Shown: positions 18,834 to 29,009 of the stretch, piece by piece
How positions within the stretch are numbered: position 1 is the stretch's first letter
How the letters are laid out: the number at the start of each line of letters is the position of its first letter
Sequence record: MH791411.1
Strand: one strand, 5' to 3'
Source: Escherichia phage Ecwhy_1
Length of the DNA stretch: 64,000 bases
Notes under the pieces: model-generated
The model's database searches: none
Told to the model about the DNA's origin: nothing
The model's input: only the letters and a program-made list of their open reading frames with translations
Program-made: the position numbers and the translations under genes

Positions 18834-20981
18834 TTAGAATACATCATCAAGAGTTGTATACTCAACAGTACTGAAACCATCCTCTTTAACTACTTTTAGG
18901 ATTTTCTCAGTCTTAGAAAGCAATTCTTCTCTGTGAGAAATGGCATATACATTCTTACCACGCACAGCAGCCATATCTTGGAAGATAGACCACACGCGAA
19001 GAACACCACTTGAATCAAGACCTTGGTCAATCATCTCATCAATGATAAGAATATTGATACTTTGATACAATGACTCATATGTATCACGGAAAGCACAAGA
19101 TAAAGCAATGTTTACCCTTGTACGCTCACCGCGACTAAGCTGTTTATAGTCAAAGTACTGACCACTTTTCTCAATTTCTACACTCAAATCATTCAAGAAC
19201 ACAACATTATGTTCAGAACCACACATATCAATGTAATATTGAAGACGTGTATTCAGATACGAAATGTTTTGTTCAATAATACGCTTACGGACATAAGAAT
19301 CCTTGTTTAACAACAATTTAACCAAGAAATCTTGGTGATTTGCCATCTTATCAAGGTTATTATAGTCACTATAGTCGATTGGTACTAATGAATCGGTCGT
19401 AAGTGTATTAATTTGTCCAATAAATGTGTTAGTAGTTTTCAATTCACGATCTAATTGCTGCGATAATGAAGTTACTGTCATTTCTAACTCTTTTACTTCA
19501 GATTTATTCAATGTATCTGGTACTTCTTGAAGAACATGTGCGTTCAGTTCTTCATATGATGACATAAGTTCATTAGCATAGATGTTAATTTGCTCTTCTT
19601 CACTCTTTTTAATAAGTTCTTGAAGCTTATGCTCATGCATTTGTGCTTCAGTTAGTGTAGAATAGAATGTCACAGGCTTAGGTGGCATATCAAAAATCTC
19701 AATACTATCAATTTCCTGAAGTATTGTTTCAATTTCAGAAGCGGAACTATCAATTTTCGATTGAAGTTCATTAATAGTATTTTGAATTTTATCTTTAATA
19801 GACGAAGTATGTTCATTATGTTCTAATTCGGACATACAAAGTGGACATTTACTACTCTCCACTGTTGCTAATTTGTCCACCTCAGCACGTAACGAACTCT
19901 CATGACCATTTAAAGCCACCTTTAATGCGTTAAGTTTTTGTTCTTTGAAACGTTTTTGGTTATTATTCTCTTTTAGAATACCCTCCAACTGTTTCCATAT
20001 CTCCAACTCATTGTGATTTTCTAATTCAGTACTGATATCAATAGTTTTTAGCTTATCAATACTTACATTTAATGCTAATTTTGCTGTTGCTAGTTCACGG
20101 TCATATGCATCATACTTCAAAGCTAACTCTTGCACACGTCTTTCTATTTGATCACGAGCAGCATTATGAATAAGAGCTTTCTCTTTCACTTCTGCCAAAT
20201 CATAGAGATCGTTGAAGTCTAAAGTTTTGTAGATATTCAATTCTTCAGTCAACTTAGATACTCTATTATTTTTATCAATCTCAAATTGGTTAGCTTGTTC
20301 TTGTAATGATTCAATACTTTTTTGAATACGTTCATTACTTGCAGCCACAGTTTCAATTTTAAACTTTTCTTGTTCAGCTAAACGTTTAGAATCTTTATAC
20401 ATATCCTTTAATAGTTCAGCTTTCTCTGTTAATTGTGTGATGCCCAGAAGTTCCTCAATCATATCACGTTGTTTCTGTGATGATAATGCAAGAAACGGCT
20501 CTACGTTAGCATTAAGTACTACAATATGTTCAAATAGTAGTTGAGAAATCCCAAGAATCTCGTTTAGATCTTCTTGTGTATCTTTCTTCTCCCCTCTTGA
20601 CTCATCTTCGACCTTATTATCTTTACCTAATGTAATAAAGTTGAAATACGTGGGACTTCTCCCACGCTCGACGAGATATTGTACACCATCTTTCTCGAAC
20701 TCAACAGATACTTCACAGTTTTTAGCATTAGTTTTATTAACTAAGTTTGGAATTTTGATATCGTTACCAATACTTTTTCCAAACAAACCAAAAACTAAAC
20801 CTTGAATGATGGCACTTTTACCAACACCATTACGGCGACCGGAACTATCACCACCTTCAATAACTGCATCATTGTTTTGACCAAGAACTAACGATATATC
20901 AGCACCAGACAAATCAATTACTTGTGGTGCATTGCCAAATGAAAAGAAGTTCCTCATTGATATACGTGTAATGTTTAGCAC
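18834..20981 (-). CDS. 46: Rad50/SbcC-like recombination ATPase (gp46-like), 715 aa, GTG start
   Basis: N-terminal Walker A GRRNGVGKSAI, long coiled-coil with CPLC zinc-hook, ABC signature LSRGERTRV, Walker B ILIIDE; GTG at 20981 preceded by AAGGGAAA. Confidence 0.85.
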   Translation of the reverse strand: MLNITRISMRNFFSFGNAPQVIDLSGADISLVLGQNNDAVIEGGDSSGRRNGVGKSAIIQGLVFGLFGKSIGNDIKIPNLVNKTNAKNCEVSVEFEKDGVQYLVERGRSPTYFNFITLGKDNKVEDESRGEKKDTQEDLNEILGISQLLFEHIVVLNANVEPFLALSSQKQRDMIEELLGITQLTEKAELLKDMYKDSKRLAEQEKFKIETVAASNERIQKSIESLQEQANQFEIDKNNRVSKLTEELNIYKTLDFNDLYDLAEVKEKALIHNAARDQIERRVQELALKYDAYDRELATAKLALNVSIDKLKTIDISTELENHNELEIWKQLEGILKENNNQKRFKEQKLNALKVALNGHESSLRAEVDKLATVESSKCPLCMSELEHNEHTSSIKDKIQNTINELQSKIDSSASEIETILQEIDSIEIFDMPPKPVTFYSTLTEAQMHEHKLQELIKKSEEEQINIYANELMSSYEELNAHVLQEVPDTLNKSEVKELEMTVTSLSQQLDRELKTTNTFIGQINTLTTDSLVPIDYSDYNNLDKMANHQDFLVKLLLNKDSYVRKRIIEQNISYLNTRLQYYIDMCGSEHNVVFLNDLSVEIEKSGQYFDYKQLSRGERTRVNIALSCAFRDTYESLYQSINILIIDEMIDQGLDSSGVLRVWSIFQDMAAVRGKNVYAISHREELLSKTEKILKVVKEDGFSTVEYTTLDDVF

Positions 20982-20993
20982 AATAAATTTCCC

Positions 20994-22025
20994 TTATAGT
21001 GATCTGTAAATTTGGATTAGAAGATTTTTATCGAACATAGGTGAATCAATTTCCATGATTTGTTGTAACACAATCTCATCAACTGACTCAGTACTTTCAA
21101 AGCTTTCACCATCTTCAATAAGTTCTTTGATACTTTGCTTGCTAGTAACAACGTTAAACTCACGAATGTTATAAAGTTTAGTAAAAGTATCACGAATAAA
21201 ACTAATCTCATCAGTAGTGATAGCAATATCAACTTGAACCTTTGAAATAGTATTGTCTTGAAGATAATAACTTGGATCTGTTAATAGTTCTGAAAGTGTA
21301 AATGTTCTATATTTTGGTGCTTCTGACCAAGAATGGAAAGTTGGTTCTTTACCATGTTCTAAAATCATCACACCTCTTGCATCATCCCATGTATCAGAAA
21401 AGTTATGTGGGAAACAGTTACCTGTGTAAATTACACGAGTTCCTTTAGATGTTGTTTTTGCTTGTCTCTTGTGGAAATGTCCACTAAAAACATACTCACA
21501 ACCACCAAAAGAACCTTCAGTCTCTTTACCATGATCTGGCATCTCAACCATTTTATTGAGCAAGTATCCAGGTAACTCTAAGTGACCAAAAACATACTTA
21601 CTTTTAAGTTGAGGTAGAACTTTGTATTCATCTTCAATCATAAATGGAATGAAAGTACAATCATCAAATGTTGTGATTTCATTAATGAACTCGATGTTCT
21701 CATAAACTTGTGCCATATTAATACTAGTAATGTCACGTTTATTTTTATGATACATGTCATGGTTCCCAACTAAGAAGTAAACCTTATCAAAGTTGTCATT
21801 TAGTAATTGTAGAATTTGTAAACCATAGTTTAATGTTTGAATGTTAATATTACTGCGGTTATGGAAGTAATCTCCCATAAACACGCATACAGTAATACCA
21901 TTTTTCTTAGCAAGTTCAATCATAAACTTGATGAAGTTCAAACAATCTTCGTTGTGCTGCTTGCTGTTATTCTTTAATCCTAAATGAATATCAGTAAATG
22001 TAATTGCTTTATCAAATAGAGCCAT
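20994..22025 (-). CDS. 47: Mre11/SbcD-like nuclease (gp47-like), ~343 aa
   Basis: Calcineurin-like phosphoesterase motifs FTDIHLG, GDYFH, GNHD, GHLE, SGHFH; ATG at 22025 with AAAGGA SD (track ORF starts 18 nt earlier). Confidence 0.85.
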   Translation of the reverse strand: MALFDKAITFTDIHLGLKNNSKQHNEDCLNFIKFMIELAKKNGITVCVFMGDYFHNRSNINIQTLNYGLQILQLLNDNFDKVYFLVGNHDMYHKNKRDITSINMAQVYENIEFINEITTFDDCTFIPFMIEDEYKVLPQLKSKYVFGHLELPGYLLNKMVEMPDHGKETEGSFGGCEYVFSGHFHKRQAKTTSKGTRVIYTGNCFPHNFSDTWDDARGVMILEHGKEPTFHSWSEAPKYRTFTLSELLTDPSYYLQDNTISKVQVDIAITTDEISFIRDTFTKLYNIREFNVVTSKQSIKELIEDGESFESTESVDEIVLQQIMEIDSPMFDKNLLIQIYRSL

Positions 22026-22851
22026 CTTCGTTTTTCCTTTCAATCATGTTCATTTCAATTTCGATTTGACGAGTGTGTGATGGTGTAAAACCATGCATCT
22101 CAAGTAAATCGTCTCGGATGTTACGAACATTTTTCTCACTATTAAGAATCGAACGGAAACTATTGTTAACGAACGAAGTATAGTAAGAGAAAGGATTCAA
22201 CTGTACTGCTGGTTTATCTTTTTTGTAAAGAATACTCTCTTTAAAGAGAAGTGCGTTTTTAACTAATTGTATTCTGGCATCACCCATCATTTCATCCAAA
22301 TATGTATAGTTTCTATAGTTGGATTTGTGTGAGATTTCCTCTGCCAGTTTAATGAACATTTTACCTAGTTCATTAGTGATTTTACCATGAACAGTACTGA
22401 ATTCTCCGTCTTCAAGATCACCTTTCCAGTGAGAACGAACGACTTCGTACAGAATACCTTCTTCATCTACAATGTAATGTTTGAATGGTTCAAAATTTAC
22501 TCTTGTATCTGCTGGGATATGTTCATCGGTAATTACACGAATAACCACCTCATCGATAGGTACATCAGTCAGTACTAAATTGTGCTCATCTGCGTATTCC
22601 TTCGCTTTCTTCGCACTCATACCTTCTTTTTCACGAATTGCATCAAGCATTTCATTGTTGAGACGTTTAATACGTGCTGCTTTAGCTTTATCTAAAAGTT
22701 CTGCTGTAATTTCGGATTCATCAAAAACGATATAATCGTACATACTGTAGCACTTATCTAGTAACCAGCAATATGAGATTTTACTTTTTTGTATCTCACG
22801 AAGTAAATCAGCATTGTTAAGATACTTTTTACGCTTCGGCCTATTTGTCAT
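22012..22851 (-). CDS. 55: late-transcription sigma factor (gp55-like) with ~120-aa internal insertion, ~279 aa
   Basis: KYLNNADLLREIQKSK resembles T4 gp55 KYNYVNNKELLQAIIDWK; LGKMFIKLAEEISHKSNYRNYTYLDEMMGD and NPFSYYTSFVNNSFRSIL resemble the gp55 core as recalled; GGAGAG SD. Confidence 0.65.
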   Translation of the reverse strand: MTNRPKRKKYLNNADLLREIQKSKISYCWLLDKCYSMYDYIVFDESEITAELLDKAKAARIKRLNNEMLDAIREKEGMSAKKAKEYADEHNLVLTDVPIDEVVIRVITDEHIPADTRVNFEPFKHYIVDEEGILYEVVRSHWKGDLEDGEFSTVHGKITNELGKMFIKLAEEISHKSNYRNYTYLDEMMGDARIQLVKNALLFKESILYKKDKPAVQLNPFSYYTSFVNNSFRSILNSEKNVRNIRDDLLEMHGFTPSHTRQIEIEMNMIERKNEDGSI

Positions 22852-22908
22852 TATTTCAACTCTCCATGTTTTAAATCCAATAGGTACATTCCTTGTACCA
22901 TCAATGTT

Positions 22909-22936
22909 ATTATAGCACCAAAAACGTCTTTGTCCC
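22909..22936 (-). promoter_or_regulatory. sigma70-like promoter (GGGACA-N16-TATAAT) for the gp55-gp47-gp46 operon
   Basis: TATAAT at 22914-22909 and GGGACA at 22936-22931 read on the minus strand. Confidence 0.4.
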
Positions 22937-22939
22937 ACG

Positions 22940-22947
22940 TATAAATA
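22940..22947 (+). promoter_or_regulatory. T4-type late promoter TATAAATA for the baseplate operon
   Basis: Exact TATAAATA 36 nt upstream of the 22983 ATG. Confidence 0.65.
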
Positions 22948-22982
22948 CATCAAATGTTCCCTTCTTATGGAGAATCAAAAAG

Positions 22983-23714
22983 ATGATTGATCGTAGAATC
23001 CGATTAAGACCTAAAACCGCAGGTGCTAACTATGTGTATGGTGATTTTGGCAACAGTTCAGAACCAACATTGCTATCGTTTCTGCGTCCAACAAATGGTT
23101 TGGTTTGGACTGTAACCCCAACTGTAACTGAACAAAGGTCGGTTCAATATGAAACACAGTCCCCTATACATACTAACAGTAACTACAACAACTACAAGAA
23201 TACAACAAACACTGTTTTCACTATTCAAGGTGAGTTTTATGCGAACACTGCTGCTGAAGCAATGTATGCATTGGCTTGTGTTCATTTTATTCGTTCCGTG
23301 TCCTTAATGGACTTTGGTCGTCAAGCAGCATCTGCTAATAATCCCGAACTAGCAATTGCAGGTGCACCACCGCCAATTTTACTATTAAGTGGGTATGGTC
23401 GTTATACATATAATGATATTCCTGTTATTTTGAAAGCATATAATTTTACATATCCAAATGATGTTTCTTACATTCAGGTTCCATTGAATAGTAGTGATAG
23501 TACTTTTAATTTATCTGATATGGATAGTCGTAAATTCTTCGAACAGCTTAGAAGTACTGGATATATGAATCCACAAGATGAGGTATGGGTTCCACAGAAA
23601 ATATCGGTAACGCTTCAACTTGAAGAACAACCAACATCTGATTACATGACTAAAAAGTTCAACCTAAATGCATTTAAGCGTGGTGAACTATTACGTAATG
23701 GAGGATTTATCTAA
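22983..23714 (+). CDS. baseplate/tail structural protein (~243 aa)
   Basis: Start taken at MIDRRIRL with GGAGAA SD; first gene after the late promoter in the baseplate module. Function inferred from position only. Confidence 0.4.
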   Translation: MIDRRIRLRPKTAGANYVYGDFGNSSEPTLLSFLRPTNGLVWTVTPTVTEQRSVQYETQSPIHTNSNYNNYKNTTNTVFTIQGEFYANTAAEAMYALACVHFIRSVSLMDFGRQAASANNPELAIAGAPPPILLLSGYGRYTYNDIPVILKAYNFTYPNDVSYIQVPLNSSDSTFNLSDMDSRKFFEQLRSTGYMNPQDEVWVPQKISVTLQLEEQPTSDYMTKKFNLNAFKRGELLRNGGFI

Positions 23715-24028
23715 TGTCCAATTATAGTCAATACTCTCCTTATGCAAAGGTTAAACAAACGTGGTATCTTGGTTACAATTTACCACGTGATATGGTTCCT
23801 GCTGATACTGACGACTTCTATGTAATTCCATTGAAGTATGAGCATCAACCTTGGCGTTTAGCATACGAAATGTATGGTAATGAACGTCTGTATTATGTAT
23901 TTGCCCTATTGAATCCTGATATATTAGGAGAAGACCCAATATACAATTTTAATAGTGGTATCACAATTCGTGTTCCCTCAAATCAACGAGTGCAAAACTA
24001 TTTGAACGGTACTCGTAACATAGGTTAA
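23714..24028 (+). CDS. LysM-like / tail protein X (gpX)-like baseplate protein, 104 aa
   Basis: FYVIPL...WRLAYEMYGNERLYYVFALLNPDIL...GITIRVP resembles the P2 gpX pattern as recalled; ATG overlaps the upstream stop. Confidence 0.4.
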   Translation: MSNYSQYSPYAKVKQTWYLGYNLPRDMVPADTDDFYVIPLKYEHQPWRLAYEMYGNERLYYVFALLNPDILGEDPIYNFNSGITIRVPSNQRVQNYLNGTRNIG

Positions 24029-24039
24029 TGGAGTAAAGT

Positions 24040-26295
24040 ATGGCAGATTTACAAAGTTCTGTTGATAATTTTAAAAATGATATTTCAAACATCACAAGTT
24101 CTGCAAAGGCAGCAAAAGAAACTGCAACAAGTACTATTGAAAGCTTAAAAGCCACTGCTAATACTTTGCAAAATGATCTTGAAAAAGTAAAAAACAATTT
24201 TAAAGCTAAGGTTAGTAACGTACAGTCTTTACCAAAGCAAAGTGCAAGCGTTGACCAAGTGTATGAAGACTTGGATCTAAGTGAGTTTGTTATTCCTTAT
24301 GACAATAAATTGTTAAAGTATGACAATCCAACTTGGCACTTTTCCCTTTTCGCATTAGACAAGGATGATTTCAAAAACTTCTGGCTTTACCCAGATGCTG
24401 AAGTTCAACGTCATGTCATCTCTGAAAGTGGTGTAACTGGAAAGTATAATATCACAAGTGTTCAGATGACGCAAGCTGGTCCTTCAACTCCAGGGATGAC
24501 AACCAACTATTGCTTCAACACAGCAGTACTGAACCTTTCAGAAAACAATAGTATGAGTTTATATGATGAACTAATTTCTTTAAGTAATAAACTAAGGTAT
24601 CATAAGTTCATGGACTTACCTTTAATATTAGAATTGAAATTTATTGGATTCAATACTAATGGTGTACCTGAAACTATACCAGAAACAACTCGTAAATGGT
24701 CCGTGAAGATTAACAGTGTTACCGCTAGTGCATCACAAAGTGGTAGTACTATGATGTATTCTATGAGTCTTGTTCATAACCGTACTGCTCTAGTGGATAA
24801 CGTTGAATGGACTCTTAAAGAACCATTTAACTGCACAGCAGAAAACTTTGGTGATTTTTGTTTTGATTTGGAAGATAAATTGAATCAAATGGCAGACCAA
24901 CAATATGGTTATTTGCGTTATAAATTTGGTGAGTTAGCAGAAGGGAAGTTCTTTGAATTTAAAGTTGCACCAGATTTACAGGATTTGTTTATAAACTATG
25001 ATTCTAAACAGATGGCAGAAGCTGGAGCTACAAAAAGTGGTGCACAGGGTTCTAAAAACTTTTCATGGAATCCAAGTACTCCAATTTCTCGAATTATCGA
25101 TGACGTAATAGATACCTGTACTGTACAGGCTGATGATAGTACTAGTGTTCGTCAATTTGTTAATATAATCCCACTTAAACAGTATGTTGGATTTGATAAT
25201 TACCGAAACACGTCAGTTTATAAAGTTGTTTTCTATATAGTTCGTTTTAAAATTGGTGATATTGTTCATGAATCCGATTTACAGCCAGAAAACTTTACAT
25301 TTGAGTATTTCTTTGAAAATGCCGAGAAATATGTAGACCCAAATGACCAAAAACCAAAGATTAACATGAAAACTTACAATTATCAGTTTAGTGGACTCAA
25401 TAGTGAGATTCTAGACCTTGATTTGAAGTTTGACCAGCAATTCTTTGTGGCTACAACTCGTAACCCTGGACCAATACAGGATGTTGCTAACCACGCTGGT
25501 ACTCATACCTCCCAAGAATTGAATATACAAGGGGTTCAGTACAACAGTATACCAGATGCATGGGCAAAAACAAGTGATTTACGCGTTACACGTGATCTTG
25601 GTGGTATGTTAACACAGGCCCAGGAACAACTACTCAATAAAGTTGAAACTTTAGCAAAAGAACAAATGCAAGTTGGTAATGCTGAAGAACAGGATCGTTA
25701 TAATAACTATCAAGTAAACGTTCTACCACAGTATATTGAAGATTATGTAACCACATATGAAGAAAATGACGGTGGAACCGATGGAATTGGTCATCGATAT
25801 GGTGAAGTGTTTACAATGCCGACTGAAGCAACAAATAATGAAACAACATTGTCTGCATCATTGAACGATAACAGTAGCACATATGAAATGGATCGCCGTA
25901 AAATTCGTGACAACTATTACAATCGTCCATTCTTGTGTAAATTGGATATGCGTGTTGTTGGTGACCCATTCTGGTTGGGTTGGAGTGATTATTCATATAT
26001 CCAATATCTTGAACAGGTAATTAATGGGGAAGATATGGAAATTAATCCCGAAGATTACCATGTTGCTAACTATATTACATCTGAAGCATATCTTTTATTG
26101 AAATTACAACCTGTGGTTTCTATAAATGATAATACTGGTGTTCTTGATATTAATACACCAACTACATTTAACCAAACTGTATATCGTGTTAACAAAATTG
26201 TTCATGATTTTGGTGCAGGTGGTTCATTTACACAACAAATTCAGGCTGCAATTGTAATTCGTGCACTCAAACGTCACGATAGTATAATTGAATAA
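24040..26295 (+). CDS. baseplate hub-like structural protein (751 aa)
   Basis: N-terminal coiled coil; lies immediately upstream of the spike gene as hub proteins usually do. Positional inference. Confidence 0.35.
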   Translation: MADLQSSVDNFKNDISNITSSAKAAKETATSTIESLKATANTLQNDLEKVKNNFKAKVSNVQSLPKQSASVDQVYEDLDLSEFVIPYDNKLLKYDNPTWHFSLFALDKDDFKNFWLYPDAEVQRHVISESGVTGKYNITSVQMTQAGPSTPGMTTNYCFNTAVLNLSENNSMSLYDELISLSNKLRYHKFMDLPLILELKFIGFNTNGVPETIPETTRKWSVKINSVTASASQSGSTMMYSMSLVHNRTALVDNVEWTLKEPFNCTAENFGDFCFDLEDKLNQMADQQYGYLRYKFGELAEGKFFEFKVAPDLQDLFINYDSKQMAEAGATKSGAQGSKNFSWNPSTPISRIIDDVIDTCTVQADDSTSVRQFVNIIPLKQYVGFDNYRNTSVYKVVFYIVRFKIGDIVHESDLQPENFTFEYFFENAEKYVDPNDQKPKINMKTYNYQFSGLNSEILDLDLKFDQQFFVATTRNPGPIQDVANHAGTHTSQELNIQGVQYNSIPDAWAKTSDLRVTRDLGGMLTQAQEQLLNKVETLAKEQMQVGNAEEQDRYNNYQVNVLPQYIEDYVTTYEENDGGTDGIGHRYGEVFTMPTEATNNETTLSASLNDNSSTYEMDRRKIRDNYYNRPFLCKLDMRVVGDPFWLGWSDYSYIQYLEQVINGEDMEINPEDYHVANYITSEAYLLLKLQPVVSINDNTGVLDINTPTTFNQTVYRVNKIVHDFGAGGSFTQQIQAAIVIRALKRHDSIIE

Positions 26296-26308
26296 GGAAT
26301 AATTTAAG

Positions 26309-28972
26309 ATGGCAGATACAAGTAAGAAATATGCCCAACAACAGTTGGGTCGTTTTGACCCTTCGTATCCACAACTAGCAACCGTGATGGATAACCGTGA
26401 CCCAACTAAATCCGGTAAGCTAAAAGTGTGGATTCAAGGTTCACAAAGTGATAAAAATTCAAAAGAGTCATGGATTGAAGCATCATACATGTCTCCATTC
26501 GCTGGTAAAACTCCAGGGATACCAAGTGCTGATGCTTATGGTCAATATCCAAAGGGATATGGTTTTTGGGCGGTTCCACCTGATGTCGGATGTACTGTTG
26601 TTGTTATATTTGCACAAGCAAGAACATTCCAAGCGTATTGGATTGGTTGTGTTTATGACCAACGTATGAATACGATGGTTCCTGGGATGGCTACTGAAAT
26701 AAGCAACTATGCTGGTACTGATATGCCATTACCCGTAACTGATTATGACCGTAATACAATTTCTACCAGTACTCAAGACAAATATGCAAACGTTCCAATT
26801 ATTGCAGGTCTGAAAAAACAAAACTTACTTTATGATGAGGAAGCGGGTGTTGCTAACCGTAGCAGTACTCGCCAGACCACCAGTACTGTTTATGGTCTTT
26901 CCTCACCTCGTGGTAACAGTTTTATTATTGATGATGGTTACACAGAAGAAGAATTAACAGCACCTACATGGGATCAAGATCCAGATGGTTATCAGGATAC
27001 CCAATTCAATAACCCAGTGAACGATACTCGTGTTGGTTCTCGTAAAAATGAAGGCGTTGTAATTAAAACACGTAGTGGTGCACAGTTGTTGTTATCTGAA
27101 GCCTCTGGTGATGTTCTTTTAATTAACCGTGATGGTACTGCACGTATTAAATTCACTGGTGAAGGTGATATTGAAATGCACTGTGATAAGAATATTAACA
27201 TTCGTGCAGGTCAAGATATTAACATGGTTGCTGGACGCTCATATAATATTGAAAGTGGAGCAGACTTCAATGCTCGTGTTGGTGCAAACACTAAACTAGA
27301 TTTGGTTGGTGCATTGGATGCTAAAGTTGGTGGTCAGGTTGTTATTAACGCTGGAGCAGATTTACGTTTAGTAACAGCAGCTTCATTACGTATGCAAAGT
27401 GGTAGCAGTACTGATATAACTGCTGGTTCTAATGCGTCAATCTCTGCTGCTACCAGTGCTAATCTTATTGGTTCTTCATCAGCTATTATTAGTGGTGGTG
27501 GTCAAACTCTTACTGTTAACAGTGGTGGTAATAGTGGTACTGCTGAATTTAATGCACCAAACTTCCGCACCCCATCTGCTGGCTTGAATGATCATATACA
27601 TGATATATCGGCTTGGGTTGATGCTGAGAATCACGGCAGTACTGTTGAACCTCCACGTCAAGGTGGTGGTAGTGGGAATAGTGAATCCCCAGTTCAACCT
27701 GAACCTGCTAATGATGTAGCTCCAACTTTAGCTCCAGTACAGGACACTGAAGCAATTCAATATGTAAATTATACAACAGAAACAGAACAAGTTCAAACAC
27801 AAGATTTAATGACTTCTGATCCTGGTATGACTGGTTATAGCATTACGTATGAAGGTCTTCATATGTTCATGCCGTGTAGTGGAACCATTCGCCAATACGG
27901 TTATTGGGGGAAAGGTGTCCCGACTAGTGGTGGTGGTAAAGCTGATAGAAGTGGCTGGGAAATACAGTGCAAGGGTGATGTTGTAGCTCCAGATGGCGGT
28001 GTAGTTGTTATCACTAATGGTGCTTTATTGGTTCAACATAAGTCTGGATATAAATCTGTATTTTATAATATTCAATCAGATTTGCTCAATAAAGACGTTG
28101 TTCAAAAAGGTCAAGTTATCGGTAAAGCTAATGGTGTTATTCAATTTGAAATAAGAGTTACCTCTGCCAACGTACTAGGATTTAGTGGTTCAGTTGACCC
28201 TGGATTATTCTATGCATCCCAGACTGGTACAGGTTCTGAAGCGGGAAATAAAACATTAATTGCAGGACAAGCAACGAACCAAGCAGCACCGAAAGCTGTT
28301 GTTCAACCTTCTGTTGATAGTGATGAATTAGTTGTAACAACTAAAATTAAAACTATCGGTACTGGGTATTCTCAACGTGGTTCTCGTCATGTCCCTCGTC
28401 GTAGAAGAACACAACGTTCAGGTGGTACTCCAGCACCCACTGCACAAGAATCATACAATGTGGGTAATGTTGATAAGACTGCAATTGATTGGAAAGTTGT
28501 TCCAGGTGATTCACAATTTATTTCTGAATTGAAAGAATATGAAGGAACAATGGCGTATCAACAAGCTAAAGGATATTACCGCAATGGTAAATTCTGGAGA
28601 TATTTGGACAGTCGTGGGTTCCCAACCATCGGCTACGGACACTTGATCGTTGGTGGTGAAAACTTCTCTGGTGGGATTACCGAACAGGAAGCCAATGATA
28701 TGTTGGTGCGTGATAGTAGTAAGGCTATATATGACGCAAAATCCATTTACGCTTCTTATAAGATGAAAACACCTTACATGGCACAACAAGTTCTATGTCA
28801 AATGGTATTCCAGATGGGTAAAGGTGGTGTAATGAAATTTAAGTCAATGCTATCTGAAATGGCTAAAGGTAACTACAAGCAAGCTGCTGCTCAAATTCGA
28901 AATTCAGCTTGGTATCGTCAAACTACACGCCGTGCTGAATTAATGGCACGTAGATTAGAGGCATGTCAATAA
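26309..28972 (+). CDS. 5: baseplate central spike (gp5-like) with M23-peptidase-like domain and C-terminal GH24 lysozyme domain, 887 aa
   Basis: Middle Gly/Ser/Ala-rich beta-helix-like repeats; residues ~745-887 are T4-lysozyme-like with Glu (EYEG), Asp (YLDSRG) and Thr (PTIGYGHL) aligned to the T4L catalytic triad; GWEIQCKGDVVAPDGGVVV...QFEIRV resembles the M23 fold but lacks the His ligands. Confidence 0.7.
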   Translation: MADTSKKYAQQQLGRFDPSYPQLATVMDNRDPTKSGKLKVWIQGSQSDKNSKESWIEASYMSPFAGKTPGIPSADAYGQYPKGYGFWAVPPDVGCTVVVIFAQARTFQAYWIGCVYDQRMNTMVPGMATEISNYAGTDMPLPVTDYDRNTISTSTQDKYANVPIIAGLKKQNLLYDEEAGVANRSSTRQTTSTVYGLSSPRGNSFIIDDGYTEEELTAPTWDQDPDGYQDTQFNNPVNDTRVGSRKNEGVVIKTRSGAQLLLSEASGDVLLINRDGTARIKFTGEGDIEMHCDKNINIRAGQDINMVAGRSYNIESGADFNARVGANTKLDLVGALDAKVGGQVVINAGADLRLVTAASLRMQSGSSTDITAGSNASISAATSANLIGSSSAIISGGGQTLTVNSGGNSGTAEFNAPNFRTPSAGLNDHIHDISAWVDAENHGSTVEPPRQGGGSGNSESPVQPEPANDVAPTLAPVQDTEAIQYVNYTTETEQVQTQDLMTSDPGMTGYSITYEGLHMFMPCSGTIRQYGYWGKGVPTSGGGKADRSGWEIQCKGDVVAPDGGVVVITNGALLVQHKSGYKSVFYNIQSDLLNKDVVQKGQVIGKANGVIQFEIRVTSANVLGFSGSVDPGLFYASQTGTGSEAGNKTLIAGQATNQAAPKAVVQPSVDSDELVVTTKIKTIGTGYSQRGSRHVPRRRRTQRSGGTPAPTAQESYNVGNVDKTAIDWKVVPGDSQFISELKEYEGTMAYQQAKGYYRNGKFWRYLDSRGFPTIGYGHLIVGGENFSGGITEQEANDMLVRDSSKAIYDAKSIYASYKMKTPYMAQQVLCQMVFQMGKGGVMKFKSMLSEMAKGNYKQAAAQIRNSAWYRQTTRRAELMARRLEACQ

Positions 28973-28984
28973 ATATTTCAGTAC

Positions 28985-28992
28985 TATAAATA
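28985..28992 (+). promoter_or_regulatory. T4-type late promoter TATAAATA for the lysozyme gene
   Basis: Exact TATAAATA 18 nt upstream of the 29010 ATG, preceded by TTTCAGTAC as at the capsid promoter. Confidence 0.6.
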
Positions 28993-29009
28993 ATAATGAG
29001 GAAATCTTT

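Noticed and set aside
22852-22953. N-terminal extension of the gp55-like ORF (MMYLYVGQRRFW...) in the track
   Set aside because: The extension covers the divergent promoter region; the internal ATG at 22851 has a GGAGAG SD and aligns with the gp55 N-terminus.
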